A DNA stretch of 62,236 bases, filler included, from Globobulimina sp. (Eukaryota), in assembly GCA_003354225.1 (NCBI GenBank). It is 12 parts of 12 records of this genome, joined end to end, with 100 filler letters (N's around TTAATTAATTAA, not from the genome) between each part and the next. Parts side by side here need not be neighbours in the genome. Positions count along the whole stretch, not along the records: positions 46,782 to 51,868 come from PIVH01000732.1; positions 51,969 to 57,052 come from PIVH01000733.1; positions 57,153 to 62,236 come from PIVH01000734.1; 9 more parts are not named here. One strand, written 5' to 3'. How positions within the stretch are numbered: the stretch's first letter is position 1; the number at the start of each line of letters is the position of its first letter. Shown piece after piece: positions 46,782 to 57,814 of this stretch. The notes under the pieces were generated by a model. It ran no database searches and had not been told where the DNA came from. It saw only the letters and a program-made list of their open reading frames with translations. The position numbers were made by a program, and so were the translations under genes.

Positions 46782-48097
46782 GCACTGAAAAATAAAAATA
46801 TAAAAAAGATTAAAAATTGGTATAAACCGTCATGGATTATGTTGTACAGAAATGTGGGACAAAATGGACGGATGAATGACAGCAAAAATTGGAATAAATA
46901 ATTAATGGATGACAGAGATATTTTATCTGCGAAAGAAGAAGAAGAACGTATCTCTGTTCTGTCGCGTTTGGCAATGTTTGAATTTGTATTTGTATTTACT
47001 TGGAATATTTTTGTGGTTAATTGTTTAGCAAAAAATGTCAATGAAGTATCAATGACTAATAACCATAATATGACCCAATCACAAATTATCTCAAATAATA
47101 CGGGATTGATATTAATGTACTCATTCATCGAATTGCTAATAAATGTTGGAATGTACGATAATAAGTAACAACACATTGAATACGCAAATAAAATGAAGGC
47201 GCGGCAGCACCAGAACTCCAACCAAACGCGTAATGTTTCTATGCATTCTTGTAATTTACCTGCAACGTATAAAAAAAAACAGTTTCAAAATTCAAACTGA
47301 AAAATTTGAACAAGTCTCAATTTCAAACTGAAAATTCAAAAAAATGTTGATTTTAAACTTTTTTTTTTCAGTTTGAAACTGAATTAGCAACAAAATTGCA
47401 CTCAACTCCGTTGACTATTTGATGGATTTGGAGGTAAGTTTGCTTTGAAGGAATCAGAATATGTTCGGACAATGGCATAAGTTTTGAGTGCTGGGAATAT
47501 GAAACAACCGATAAATAATAGAACATGATGCGATGCGTAAACATGATCGGGAGAGGACCAAATGAGTGAAAATAAAATAAACCACCAAATTAAATGAGGG
47601 AATATTTTGGCGCTCATTTGTGAGCGAATAGAGATGAATGAAATTAGTTTCTGCCATTTTAAAACAAACCATTTTTTGATTTTGCGTAATTTGGCACTGA
47701 AATAGTTGTTTGTTCGCTGAATGTAGCGGTTTTTTTTAATCCAATACGAGAGTATGATGGATAAAATAAACGCGATGATGGAGAGTTGTACTGTTAAATC
47801 CAATGAGTTCCAGTAATTGTAAGGCTTAACGAATAAGGGTTTGATGTATGGATAGGACAATAAAATGATGTGTATTGTTAAACGACATAAATAAAATAAT
47901 AATTTAATCCATGACTCGCATGCAGTTAAGGTGGCAGACGCAGCAATTAATAATTTCTGGGTAAACAATGCAAATGTTGCTGATAGTTTTTCGTTAGATA
48001 AAGCTTCAAAATCTGGTATGCATTGCATGTATAAGTCGTTAAACCACAGCAGAATTGAGTCTGCGTCAATGGTGAGGCCAAAAGGTAACTCCCACAT
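46782..48097 (-). CDS. Membrane protein with HVA22/REEP (TB2/DP1)-like segment, 3'-truncated
   Basis: Intron 47260-47406 joins the ORFs; motifs GCFIFPALKTY, WLEFW, ILWLL. Confidence 0.6.
47281..47380. repeat. Small intronic inverted-repeat element
   Basis: Ends AGTTTCAAA/TTTGAAACT; TTCAAACTGAAAAA pairs with TTTTTCAGTTTGAA. Confidence 0.55.
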
Positions 48098-48234
48098 GAT
48101 TTCTTAGGAATATATATAACTCAAAAAAAAAACTCAAACTAATCACAGTTTTTCGTGGTCGGCTTAATCCTGTCAACTCGAACAGAAAGTGCCAATCTAA
48201 CATATCGAATCGTTGAGAGTAGTACCCTGCGAAC

Positions 48235-50839
48235 ATGAAGGCCTTGAACGTACATATTATGTTGATCGTATTTTTATCATTGTTTCACGAAACCCACAGC
48301 AGCTTGTGGGGAATCTACGACAAGGCTGAAAAGTTTGTTAGTGATGCTACGGACGATGCGGAGAAGACATATAACTCTGTAGCTGATGAAACAACCGGCG
48401 CAGTCTCAACAGTCAATAAGATATTCATTGACATTGCAGAAACATCAGCTGACGCCGTACAAATTGCAGTGGAGGTTATTGAGTCCATCGAAACAGGTTA
48501 CTTATAATTAACAGTTCTATCGTTTGTTATAATATGTATAGTTATATAATAAACAATATAGTGCCAACATTGGCAGTTGAGGCAATCGAAGATGTTGTGA
48601 ACGGTTTCAATATCACAACATGGGATAAATTAGTGGATGACGCAAAATATGTCATCGTGAACCTACATCAAGATATTCAACATCATATAGCAAATGGTAC
48701 GTGTATGAGTTATATAATTCATATCAATATACTTTATGACATGTTGTGTGATAATATATATACAAAATAGGTTGTAATTATTTATCAGAATTAGCTGACG
48801 TTGAATTCTTACCGCATCCATTAGATGTGATGGAAGAGGCTGATTTCGAGGCATTTACAGACTGTTTAACCGATAATGTGTATGATTTAGCGGTTGGTTG
48901 GACCAAAGAAGTCGCGACAACCTTTGCTTCAGTTGTCAGTGCAGCGGACTTTTCCACATTGATGGACTTTCAGCCACTTTTAAACACAGAGCCAGTGGAA
49001 AAAGAGTTGAATGATACCTATCATTGTTTGCATCGTTTAGCAAAACAAATATCAGAACGAGAAACCAGTCAAAGCAAACCGAATATATTCGACATTCAAG
49101 TGTTGTCTGATTATTTCAGCATTGACGATTTGACCATTACGATGCAGCTATCATTCACCGCGTGCACCTTATCGTGCGGTACAGCCTCATTGGGATTGGC
49201 TGTGAGCAGCACAGATTTTGATCTCCATCGGCCATATTATCAAATTGCCGTAGGTTTAGATACTAGCAATGTGGTCGGCGCTTCTCTCAGTTCATCCATT
49301 GGCTTTTATAAAAATTTCAGTGCAGTGACTGGAACATCGCATGTTGTGGGCATGGAAATTGAGCTTCCTTTATTAGCGGATTTTATCTTGGATGACACAA
49401 CAAAGCGAATGTCAGATATGAAGATGGTATTAAGTGCAGAATCCGAGACTGAAGGTGAATTTCGGGGCTTTTATCTCGAATCAGATCTCATTGAATTCAG
49501 TTTGGGGCATAATGGTGCATTCAATTTAGGTTATAACTATGTGGAAAGTGAATGGGTGTTTACCTCTGGCGATTTGAGAGATTTATGGAATGTGTCACCG
49601 GAGGTAGTTGAGGATGGAGGTGTGTCTGAAGAGGGAGGGGATGTGGTGGCCGATGCGTATATTGCATTGACTGCAGAAACGTTAGAGAATGGTGGATTTT
49701 TTGTAAAAGCTTATGATTCCGCAAAGTGTCAATGCCCATCAGCAGTTTCTGGAAGCACTGACATTTCTGATTTGTCCGCGTTGCAATTAGGTATTATGGA
49801 CATTTATGAGGTGGTTTATGGCAATATTGAGGTTGATAAAAATTGTAACAGTACGAAGGCATATACGGCAGTTCGGGATTTGTGCCAATATGGAAAGGCA
49901 TGTTCAGTTTCTGTGAATGCAGAGGTTTTAGGGAATATTAATTGTGACAATGCAGCGAACAGAAGAAGGTTATGGGGAGCATTCGGTTTTGATGATTTGG
50001 CTACGTTGGCAGATGAAGCCGGTACCATGAATTTGTCAGATCCCTTGTCAGTGATTTATGGCTGTCCCGATCAAGCGGATGTATTCAATTTGGGTTGTTA
50101 TGGCGTGGATTTTCTGACAGTAGTCTCGAATCAATGGTTCCGTGATTATAATGATGAGATGCTTAATGATGGCTGGATTCATCGGGACAATGGATTGGCA
50201 AAATGCGCCAAAATAGCATTAGAAAATGGATATCGCGGCTTTGGCATTTATAATTCTGGTATGTAGTAAACGTTTTGTTGTTTGTTGTTTGTTGTTTGTC
50301 AAAATATTATGTACAAACAAATACAATCAGGAATGTGTGTGATGGCACATGATTTGTTTGAAGAAGGAGTATATAATGAAGTGGGAGCAGTGAGTGATAC
50401 GATAAGCTGTCCGGTGAATGGCGTCGGCTCCGATATAGCAATGAATTTATATGCATTTGCCAATGGTGATATTGCTTATGCAGATTTAGGCTGCATCAAT
50501 GATACACAAATTGCGGTGTACAATGCTGAATATAATACCAATATATATCATGAATTTGATTCTTATGAACTGCAACATTTTCTATTTCAGGATCCATGGC
50601 AATTGAGAGGAAATGCAGTGGCAAAATGTGCACAATTCGCTGAGGAATATGGTTATAAAGGCTTTGCAATGTCTGATGGCGGCAAATGTCTTTTAAGCAA
50701 TAAGTTTAGATCTGATATTATTAACAAAATACGAAAATTAACCAATGTGGATAATAGCACAACATTATCCTGTTCAAAAGGTCTTATTTATGCTTACAAT
50801 GTGTTTGAATTTCCGCATATTGATCTTAATCAAGGTTAA
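48235..50839 (+). CDS. Secreted 4-exon protein with SUEL-type lectin-like domain and two WSC-like repeats; 3' end uncertain
   Basis: Introns 48497-48561, 48697-48788 and 50259-50330 all restore frame. YG..C..VRDLC..GKACSVSV..LG..C..LSVIYGC; two LGC..AKCA..GYxGF..GGxC units. Confidence 0.75.
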
Positions 50840-51109
50840 TCTATCTAGGTTGAGTTATGTCGCTAGATTAGGGACTTCTGTTCTGTTCAAGTCAGGTAGA
50901 GCATTTTTTAACCTTGTAAACTTGTAACCTCTATTAATATATGACATTAGTTTATAAGCAAAAACAGTCCACTATCGCATCAGAATGTGTCAGATGAAGA
51001 GCTGCCCCCGTATTCCTAAATAGGTCAACGAAGTGCAAGTTTTTAGCTATCTTTGTGCTGGACCAAGAGTTGTCTGCCATGAGAACCAAAGCAGAGTGTG
51101 TTAGATAGT

Positions 51110-51139
51110 ACCGAGGGCTTCGTGGCTGAGGCCCTCGGT
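51110..51139 (-). terminator. GC-rich stem-loop downstream of the bacterial-type gene
   Basis: ACCGAGGGCTTC-gtggct-GAGGCCCTCGGT, 18 bp past the stop codon; no clear U-tract. Confidence 0.55.
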
Positions 51140-51157
51140 TTAAGTTATACCTGTGAG

Positions 51158-51868
51158 TTAGGCATTACCATAATCGGAAGCTTTCTCCTCGATATGGATT
51201 GGATCCTCGGGTTGCTCTCCGGCATGCTCGGCGAGGGATTTTTTGCTACGTTTCTCGATTATTAGATAGAGAACTACGCCAACGCCTAAGCCCCAGGCTG
51301 CGCCGTAGACGGCCAGGACAACGCCCATGGTGCCTGCAACACCCATAGAGGTGGCATTGTCGACTTGTTCAACGGCAACACTGATACACAGATAACCGGT
51401 GATCAACAGGGTGATAGATAGCGCGATCGGCAGTACTGGCTTGAACAACGTAACCAGTGGCAACATAAACAGCGCAATAAAAGCGACAATCCAAAAGATG
51501 CCTGCACCACTGTAGATGGTATCCATAGCACTTCGGCCGTAGCGGTAACGCTCAGCAATAGTCGCCATTGCACCGGTGAACAGCGGTCCTGCAAGGCCTG
51601 GGTAAGGCGCTAACAAGCTGTGCATCAAATTACGGATGCCGGTGATGATATGCACTTGGTCAACATCGACCTCGATTTTTTCGTCTGGGCGCAGGTGATC
51701 AACTCTGTCAAGCAGACTCTGACCAACGATTATGTCACCAAAGGCGATGATATAGGCGATGATAGCGGTGGGAATTGCCATCCACAGGATTTCAAGACCT
51801 GGGAAGCCGATGGTCCAAGGCATCGAGCTTCTGAGGCTTGGACATGCGACCGAGAGCAGCTTCAGCAT
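51158..51868 (-). CDS. Bacterial-type permease (NCS2/xanthine-uracil permease-like), 5'-truncated
   Basis: Intronless, much GC-richer than the host genes; AYIIAFGDII..RPDEKIE..RYRYGRSAMDTIYSG, multiple TMs. Confidence 0.7.
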   Translation of the reverse strand: MLKLLSVACPSLRSSMPWTIGFPGLEILWMAIPTAIIAYIIAFGDIIVGQSLLDRVDHLRPDEKIEVDVDQVHIITGIRNLMHSLLAPYPGLAGPLFTGAMATIAERYRYGRSAMDTIYSGAGIFWIVAFIALFMLPLVTLFKPVLPIALSITLLITGYLCISVAVEQVDNATSMGVAGTMGVVLAVYGAAWGLGVGVVLYLIIEKRSKKSLAEHAGEQPEDPIHIEEKASDYGNA

Positions 51869-52598
51869 NNNNNNNNNNNNNNNNNNNNNNNNNNNNNNNN
51901 NNNNNNNNNNNNTTAATTAATTAANNNNNNNNNNNNNNNNNNNNNNNNNNNNNNNNNNNNNNNNNNNNTTATGCTAACTCGAATGATTTTTTGTGGTGAT
52001 GACTGATGGGCGATGTATGCTCATATATATATATATGATCAAAATTTCTATGTACGGATATATGTAGTCGTGTGATCATATATATCATAGCAGAAGACAA
52101 ACAGAAGACAAACATCGTTCAAGTGTCACAACTGATTGTAAACCCAAGCCATACAAAATATCAAACCATCATTCGTATTATTTAAAATGATAATTTATGA
52201 TGAATTATTGCTAGGTTTGTGTTCGGTTTGCAGTGTGTTGTGTCACATCAAGTTTAAAATCCAAAATATGGTACGTATTTTTCAGACAAATTCAGCCAAA
52301 TTGATTTGGCAATTGTGAGTGCTAAATTGCATCATTTTCAAAAATTCCAACTGTTTTGTTTTTAAAATATCTAATATTGTCTCAGACCCGGTTTTAATCG
52401 CTCAGACCCGGATTGAGATTATTCAGAATTCTGAAAAATATGTACCATTTTTCAGTTTTGAAACTTGTTGTGTGTTCAGCTGTTATGTAAATTATGATCA
52501 CATTATTAGATTATTGATTCCTATTATTATATAATTAGTATCGGAACTTCTTTTAACAGACATTCTTACCTACATTTTGAATCTCACCCTACAAAGAT

Positions 52599-53462
52599 AT
52601 GTTGAATACAATTGTAATGAGCGTGATGGTCCTGTGTGTAATTACCATTGCACAACAATACTTATGTCCAAACATTGCATTCCTAAATCAATTACCAGTG
52701 TTGATGATTGGATACAAAGGTGGTAAAAGTCAATTATTAGCAATGGCAATTTGGTGTGCATATTTTGCAATTTTATGTTATCCTATATCTTATTTTTTGT
52801 ATTTTATTCCATACAATTGGTTATTATTGTCAAGTTATTCCACCTTACTCGTTTTAGGATCCAAACCAGATCGAAACACATTGGCTGATAAACTATGGTT
52901 TAGATTATGGAATAAATTATTTTTTACTGCACCTTTAGTGTTAGGATATAAAATTGTATCAGCAGTTGGTGGACAGATGTCAAAACCATTAATATCAATT
53001 ATTGATGATAACATATGTGTTGGTGCATTACCACTTACAGATAAACATGTATCAAAATTGTACAATCCTCCATACAATATTCGTGGTGTGATCAATTTAT
53101 GCGATGAAGCTACAGGTCCGATAAATATTTATCCGAAGTACGGTATCAAATATTTACAATTACCAACGATGGATGCTACACCACCAAAAATTGATTCAGT
53201 TGAATTGGGAATTAAATTCATTCAAAAAGTATTACAACCCAAAAAAGAAGACAATAATGATCAAAGAAGAGTGTTCATTCATTGTAAATTGGGTATCGGA
53301 CGTAGTGCTACAATGGCGTTATGTTGGTTACTATCGGAAGGAGTAAAATTAGATGATGCAGCAACAATGATAAAATCATCCAGAAAAGCTGCGGAAATAA
53401 CTGAAATTAAAAAATATAACACAACTAGATATTTCGTAGACAAACAATCAAAACAAAATTAA
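52599..53462 (+). CDS. Dual-specificity phosphatase, PTPMT1-like, with N-terminal TM region
   Basis: VGALP, GVINLCDE, LPTMD, VFIHCKLGIGRSAT (CX5R). Confidence 0.85.
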   Translation: MLNTIVMSVMVLCVITIAQQYLCPNIAFLNQLPVLMIGYKGGKSQLLAMAIWCAYFAILCYPISYFLYFIPYNWLLLSSYSTLLVLGSKPDRNTLADKLWFRLWNKLFFTAPLVLGYKIVSAVGGQMSKPLISIIDDNICVGALPLTDKHVSKLYNPPYNIRGVINLCDEATGPINIYPKYGIKYLQLPTMDATPPKIDSVELGIKFIQKVLQPKKEDNNDQRRVFIHCKLGIGRSATMALCWLLSEGVKLDDAATMIKSSRKAAEITEIKKYNTTRYFVDKQSKQN

Positions 53463-53529
53463 TGTAATGTATGCTCTTAATCTCGTCTTGTTTTCATAAA
53501 AATTTCTTGGTCTCAGCATCAAAAACAGA

Positions 53530-54251
53530 TTACAAATCTACATCAAACCTATGTTGTAATGATTTATCATTGTAGCATTTTGATAAGATTTTTATCCTCC
53601 TTTTAAGCATTCCAGGAGACAGGTTCGTTTCTGCATTATTTTTTTGAAATTGCATAATCATTTTCGTTACCAATGCAAGAATCAATGTATGCAATTTTTT
53701 TAGAGTTATACATTGATTTTTTGAATCAACCAACACTTACTGCGTTCTTCTGCATTTTGATAATAATCATTCAATTTTTCATATCTAATTCTCATTTGAT
53801 CAATTTGTAAAACCATCCATTGAAAAGTACGGAAATATTTGATAGAATATATGAATGATGGAATATATAAAAATATTTTTCTTCAAACTTATTTCACTTG
53901 TTGGCTCAATTTCCGATGTACAATTATTGATTTGTTCTCTATTCAATTGGTTATTATTCATACATTCCATAATTACCTTTGACATTTCATACATTTCAAC
54001 ATTCCATTATTTGCAAATAAACCTAAAATAATTGAAACTAAACTTTGTAAATTCTTTTTACTTTCACCACAAAATGCATCAGCACCTGTTGCACAATATT
54101 TACTTATTGTTGTGTCATGTTTTAAATGATTCCATCCACAAATATAAAATAATTCCCATTCTGTGGATGACTGTTCATCATCACTCGCATGTTTTTTGTG
54201 TACAATTGATTGATCAATCATGTGTTCTTTATGTATACGATCTCGATTCAT
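53530..54251 (-). pseudogene. Fragmented hypothetical gene
   Basis: Three short collinear ORFs in shifting frames. Confidence 0.35.
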
Positions 54252-54453
54252 TTAATCCTTCCAATCATGTCAATGAAAGAATAATTAGAGGTGTAAATCA
54301 ACAAATAATCAATAAGTGTCATGTAGCTGCATTGACTAAACTTCAGAGGGGCCATATAGATATTTATAGACACATAATTACTATTGTTAACTAATTAGAA
54401 TTATAATCTTTCACTCTGTTCTTTCTATCTCAACTCTAACTAAAACTCTATAA

Positions 54454-54855
54454 ATGGAAAACGTTTTTCAAACAGCAAAACAAGTGGCAATTGCCAAAAA
54501 AGAGAGTTTGAGATTTGCGTTTTTTGATGCAGAAGCAAATTTGATTTGTTTTGACAAGATTGAAGGAAGTAGATCCATCTTAGAACGTACTGCTCAAGGA
54601 AAAGCGATTGCAGTATGCAGGAACAATTCTAATTCAAACATGACTTCCAGCTTGCTTCTGATATGGTGTTGTCATTTGATTCCATGGCTTTGTTGCGGAG
54701 CAGGGCTTCCTGCAAAAGGAGGTGTAGTTTGTAAAATGGATGGAAGAAAAGTTATATTTGTGGTGACTGGAGCAAGCGCTGATGTTGATTTAGAAATTGC
54801 GACATTAGCTTTGAAGGCAAATAATATTCAGATAGTTGATTGTATCCGTGACTGA
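54454..54855 (+). CDS. GlcG/HbpS-like heme-binding family protein, divergent
   Basis: AFFDAEANLICFDKIEGS..TAQGKAIA..GG..VTGASADVDLEIA. Confidence 0.65.
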   Translation: MENVFQTAKQVAIAKKESLRFAFFDAEANLICFDKIEGSRSILERTAQGKAIAVCRNNSNSNMTSSLLLIWCCHLIPWLCCGAGLPAKGGVVCKMDGRKVIFVVTGASADVDLEIATLALKANNIQIVDCIRD

Positions 54856-55310
54856 TGTTATTGTTAATTACTTTGCTTTTTGGTTGATATTTTGAAATGC
54901 ATGGATCTATACATATGATACTTTCTTTGATATCCGTAATATGTTTATGATACTTTCTTCTATGATACATATAATACTTTCGTGAACCACCGCGTTTATT
55001 CCTTTCTTTGATTGTATATTGTTTATTGATTGGCTTTCTCTGTTGTTTTGCTGTTAATCGAACTGGCATTGTATTATTCTACGATAAACTGGAATGAATT
55101 GTTTTCAAAATGAATGAATTGTAAATGTCCGCGTTTATTTTATGTTGCTAGTATTCACTTGTTAATACTAGTGTATTCAGTAAATTGAGAGGATCTGACG
55201 TGAAATGAATCATAATAGATGATCATAATTCGCGTTCTCAATTTCTGATCCCTTCTCTCAATTTTCGCGTTCTCAATTTTTTAGACAGATCAGAAGTTTT
55301 CTAAGTCTAG

Positions 55311-55577
55311 TCACTTCAACAAAGAGCCTTCCAATCCCTTCGTGACCGTGTCCGACATTTGGTCAAAAGCATCTGCCGATTATGTGGCTTGGATCCAGAT
55401 GCTTTTAGCTCTCACCAGCTACGCTGCGGTGGAACGGTGGATTGGCTATGCCTCAGAGTCACAGACAGCATCATTCAAGAGCTGTCCAGATGGGCCAACC
55501 TGGACTCGATGGTCCCTTACAAGAAACTGTCCAATGCGAATCTGGCAGATATTTTAAAGCAAAGCCTTGTGCGTTAG
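55311..55577 (+). mobile_element. Tyrosine recombinase C-terminal fragment (DIRS/Ngaro/Crypton-like)
   Basis: GLDPDAFSSHQLRCGG...SRWANLDSMVPY: HxLR, W and catalytic Y. Confidence 0.82.
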
Positions 55578-55642
55578 CGTTTCTTTAATTTAAACTTGAG
55601 TTTTTTACACAAGCAAAACTTTACACTCTTGCCTCTAAAACA

Positions 55643-56964
55643 ATGGCACTCCCAAACACTCCCTTTTGCAGTATTTGCGGGACCGATCGTCCCAAGTTCT
55701 ACCCCAATGGCGTCGTCTCCGATTTATGCCTGGAATGCAGAGCAGTTGGATTTGGGTGAGACTCATTGATCGCGCGTAACTATGAAGATGTGATGCTGCA
55801 GGAATCGGCCCTCTGTGAAGCAGAAACCAACCGACGCGTGCTCTCCATCGCTAACCGGCCGGCGAGAGATATAAGCGATTTACATGAGACGATCCGGCGG
55901 ATTGAGGATGCGATCGCGGATCAGAAAGCGGAGCTCTGGGCCACCCGCGAGCAGTTGGCGAAACTATCGGCCCTCGACAGCAGCAAGCTCGTTGAGGAAG
56001 CCACCGCCAACATGAAATGCGAGATGGCGCGCATTTTCGACAGTAAAGCCATCGATATCAGACGGACGATGAGGAGGAACGTCCGGGACGCAGTCATATC
56101 AGGCCGGCATAGCCATCGCGGCCGCTCGCCACAGCGCCAGCACTTATTTAGCTCACGACGCAGCAGGAAGAGCAGCGCTACGAAACCGCGCCGACACCCC
56201 CCGTTTAGCCCACGGCGCAGCGACAAGAAGCGTCGGCAACGCAGCAACAAGAGACTGCCCCGGAACTCGCGGTTCTATGTGGAGCCAGACGTTAAGACGC
56301 GCACGCGCGTTTATCTCACCCTTTTTCCGCGGACTTCGTCCACCTTTGTACCCTCTTTTGTACACTGATACAGTTCCCGCTGGACGTTCGTCGCCGCTAT
56401 CATGGCACGATCGAGGGATACGTCTTCGATACCGGCTCGTATTTTGTTAAGACGGATTGGGGCACATTATTTGGCTGTTTTGAGAGCCTGGTATGCAAAG
56501 AAGCAACCACGTTCTGCAAACACAACGTGAAGCGGAAGCTGGACGTCGCCCTGGTTGGCCGGGTACCGTGCAAACTGACGGTAAAATTAGGCTGCGGCGA
56601 TTTTGGCACTCGGCCCGACGCCATTTCAGTGACCAAAGTATACGGCAGCAGGTGGACCTGCTGGGCGCTATGCTTTCGATGCGACGCCCTGACCGAGAAG
56701 GAAGAAGCGCACGTTAAAGCGCAGGCCAAGTACGGATTGGAACTCCTGTCCCAGCCCCACTCTCCCTATGGTGATGCGAGCGCTACACGTGGAGAACCCG
56801 TAGCAACACGCGGAGGACCGGTGGCAACCCGCGACAATCCCCCCTGGTCGATCTTTGATACGGACCAATACTCTGACGAGTCCGGGGGTTTGGATGAGTT
56901 TAAGACTGATTATGCCAGCGATCATGACAATGATGATGATCGCGCAGCGACCGCTGGCTTTTAA
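55643..56964 (+). CDS. Element-associated gene: zinc ribbon, coiled coil, Arg-rich tract, cold-shock/OB-like domain; internal TGA at 55757
   Basis: The ATG at 55643 is in frame with ORF 55766; intron 56291-56373 joins it in frame to ORF 56527; GC-rich. Confidence 0.55.
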
Positions 56965-57814
56965 AATGTTTAAATATTTAATAATCTCTATGTGTTTGCG
57001 TTATTTATTACACCAGCGCGCGTGATGTGTTTGCGTTATTTTATTTTCAGCGNNNNNNNNNNNNNNNNNNNNNNNNNNNNNNNNNNNNNNNNNNNNTTAA
57101 TTAATTAANNNNNNNNNNNNNNNNNNNNNNNNNNNNNNNNNNNNNNNNNNNNTATTTCATTTATGATTATTATAATTATTAACTTCTATATTGTAACGTT
57201 TTTTAAACTTTCGGACTTTAATAATCATTTCACAACATGCAAATTATGAAAAGAGCCATTAAGTTACAGAGGGATACCGTCCATGCACATGGCCCGATTA
57301 CTATGCATTAGCTCCATCAAGAAATACGATGTAAGTAAATGTAGGTTACAAACATGTATCTACTGTAAAGTTGAAAATACGTGAAAAAAAATATTAGTAA
57401 TACGTGAAAAAAAATACGTGAAAAAAAACTAATATAAGAAAAACATCAAAAAAATTAAAAGCATCATTTTTTTTACATTTTTTTATTTTATTTAATTGTC
57501 GAATAATTGCAGCTCAAATCAAACTCTACGTAGTTCTAAGTTCTTGAAATTATTTGTTTGCATTTGGGTGTAAATCTCATGATTGGTTCTTTTTGAATAA
57601 CAAAATGCGATTTCAAAATGTAAATTATATGGAGCCTGAAGGACAAACAACCGGCTCAAATAAAGTTGGCACAACAAAACAAGATGGCACAGCTTACATA
57701 AATCACACAAAGTTCAGATATATAGCTGTACTTATCATGGTCCCTACAAACATTTTTCCTGTTTGATTAAATATTAAATATTATTATTAATAAATATTAT
57801 AACTTAAAACATGT

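Noticed and set aside
5106-57152. Regularly spaced TTAATTAATTAA motif within N runs
   Set aside because: Artificial linker between length-sorted contigs; adjacency across spacers has no biological meaning.
57376-57428. Three copies of AATACGTGAAAAAAA
   Set aside because: Short low-complexity local duplication with no further structure.
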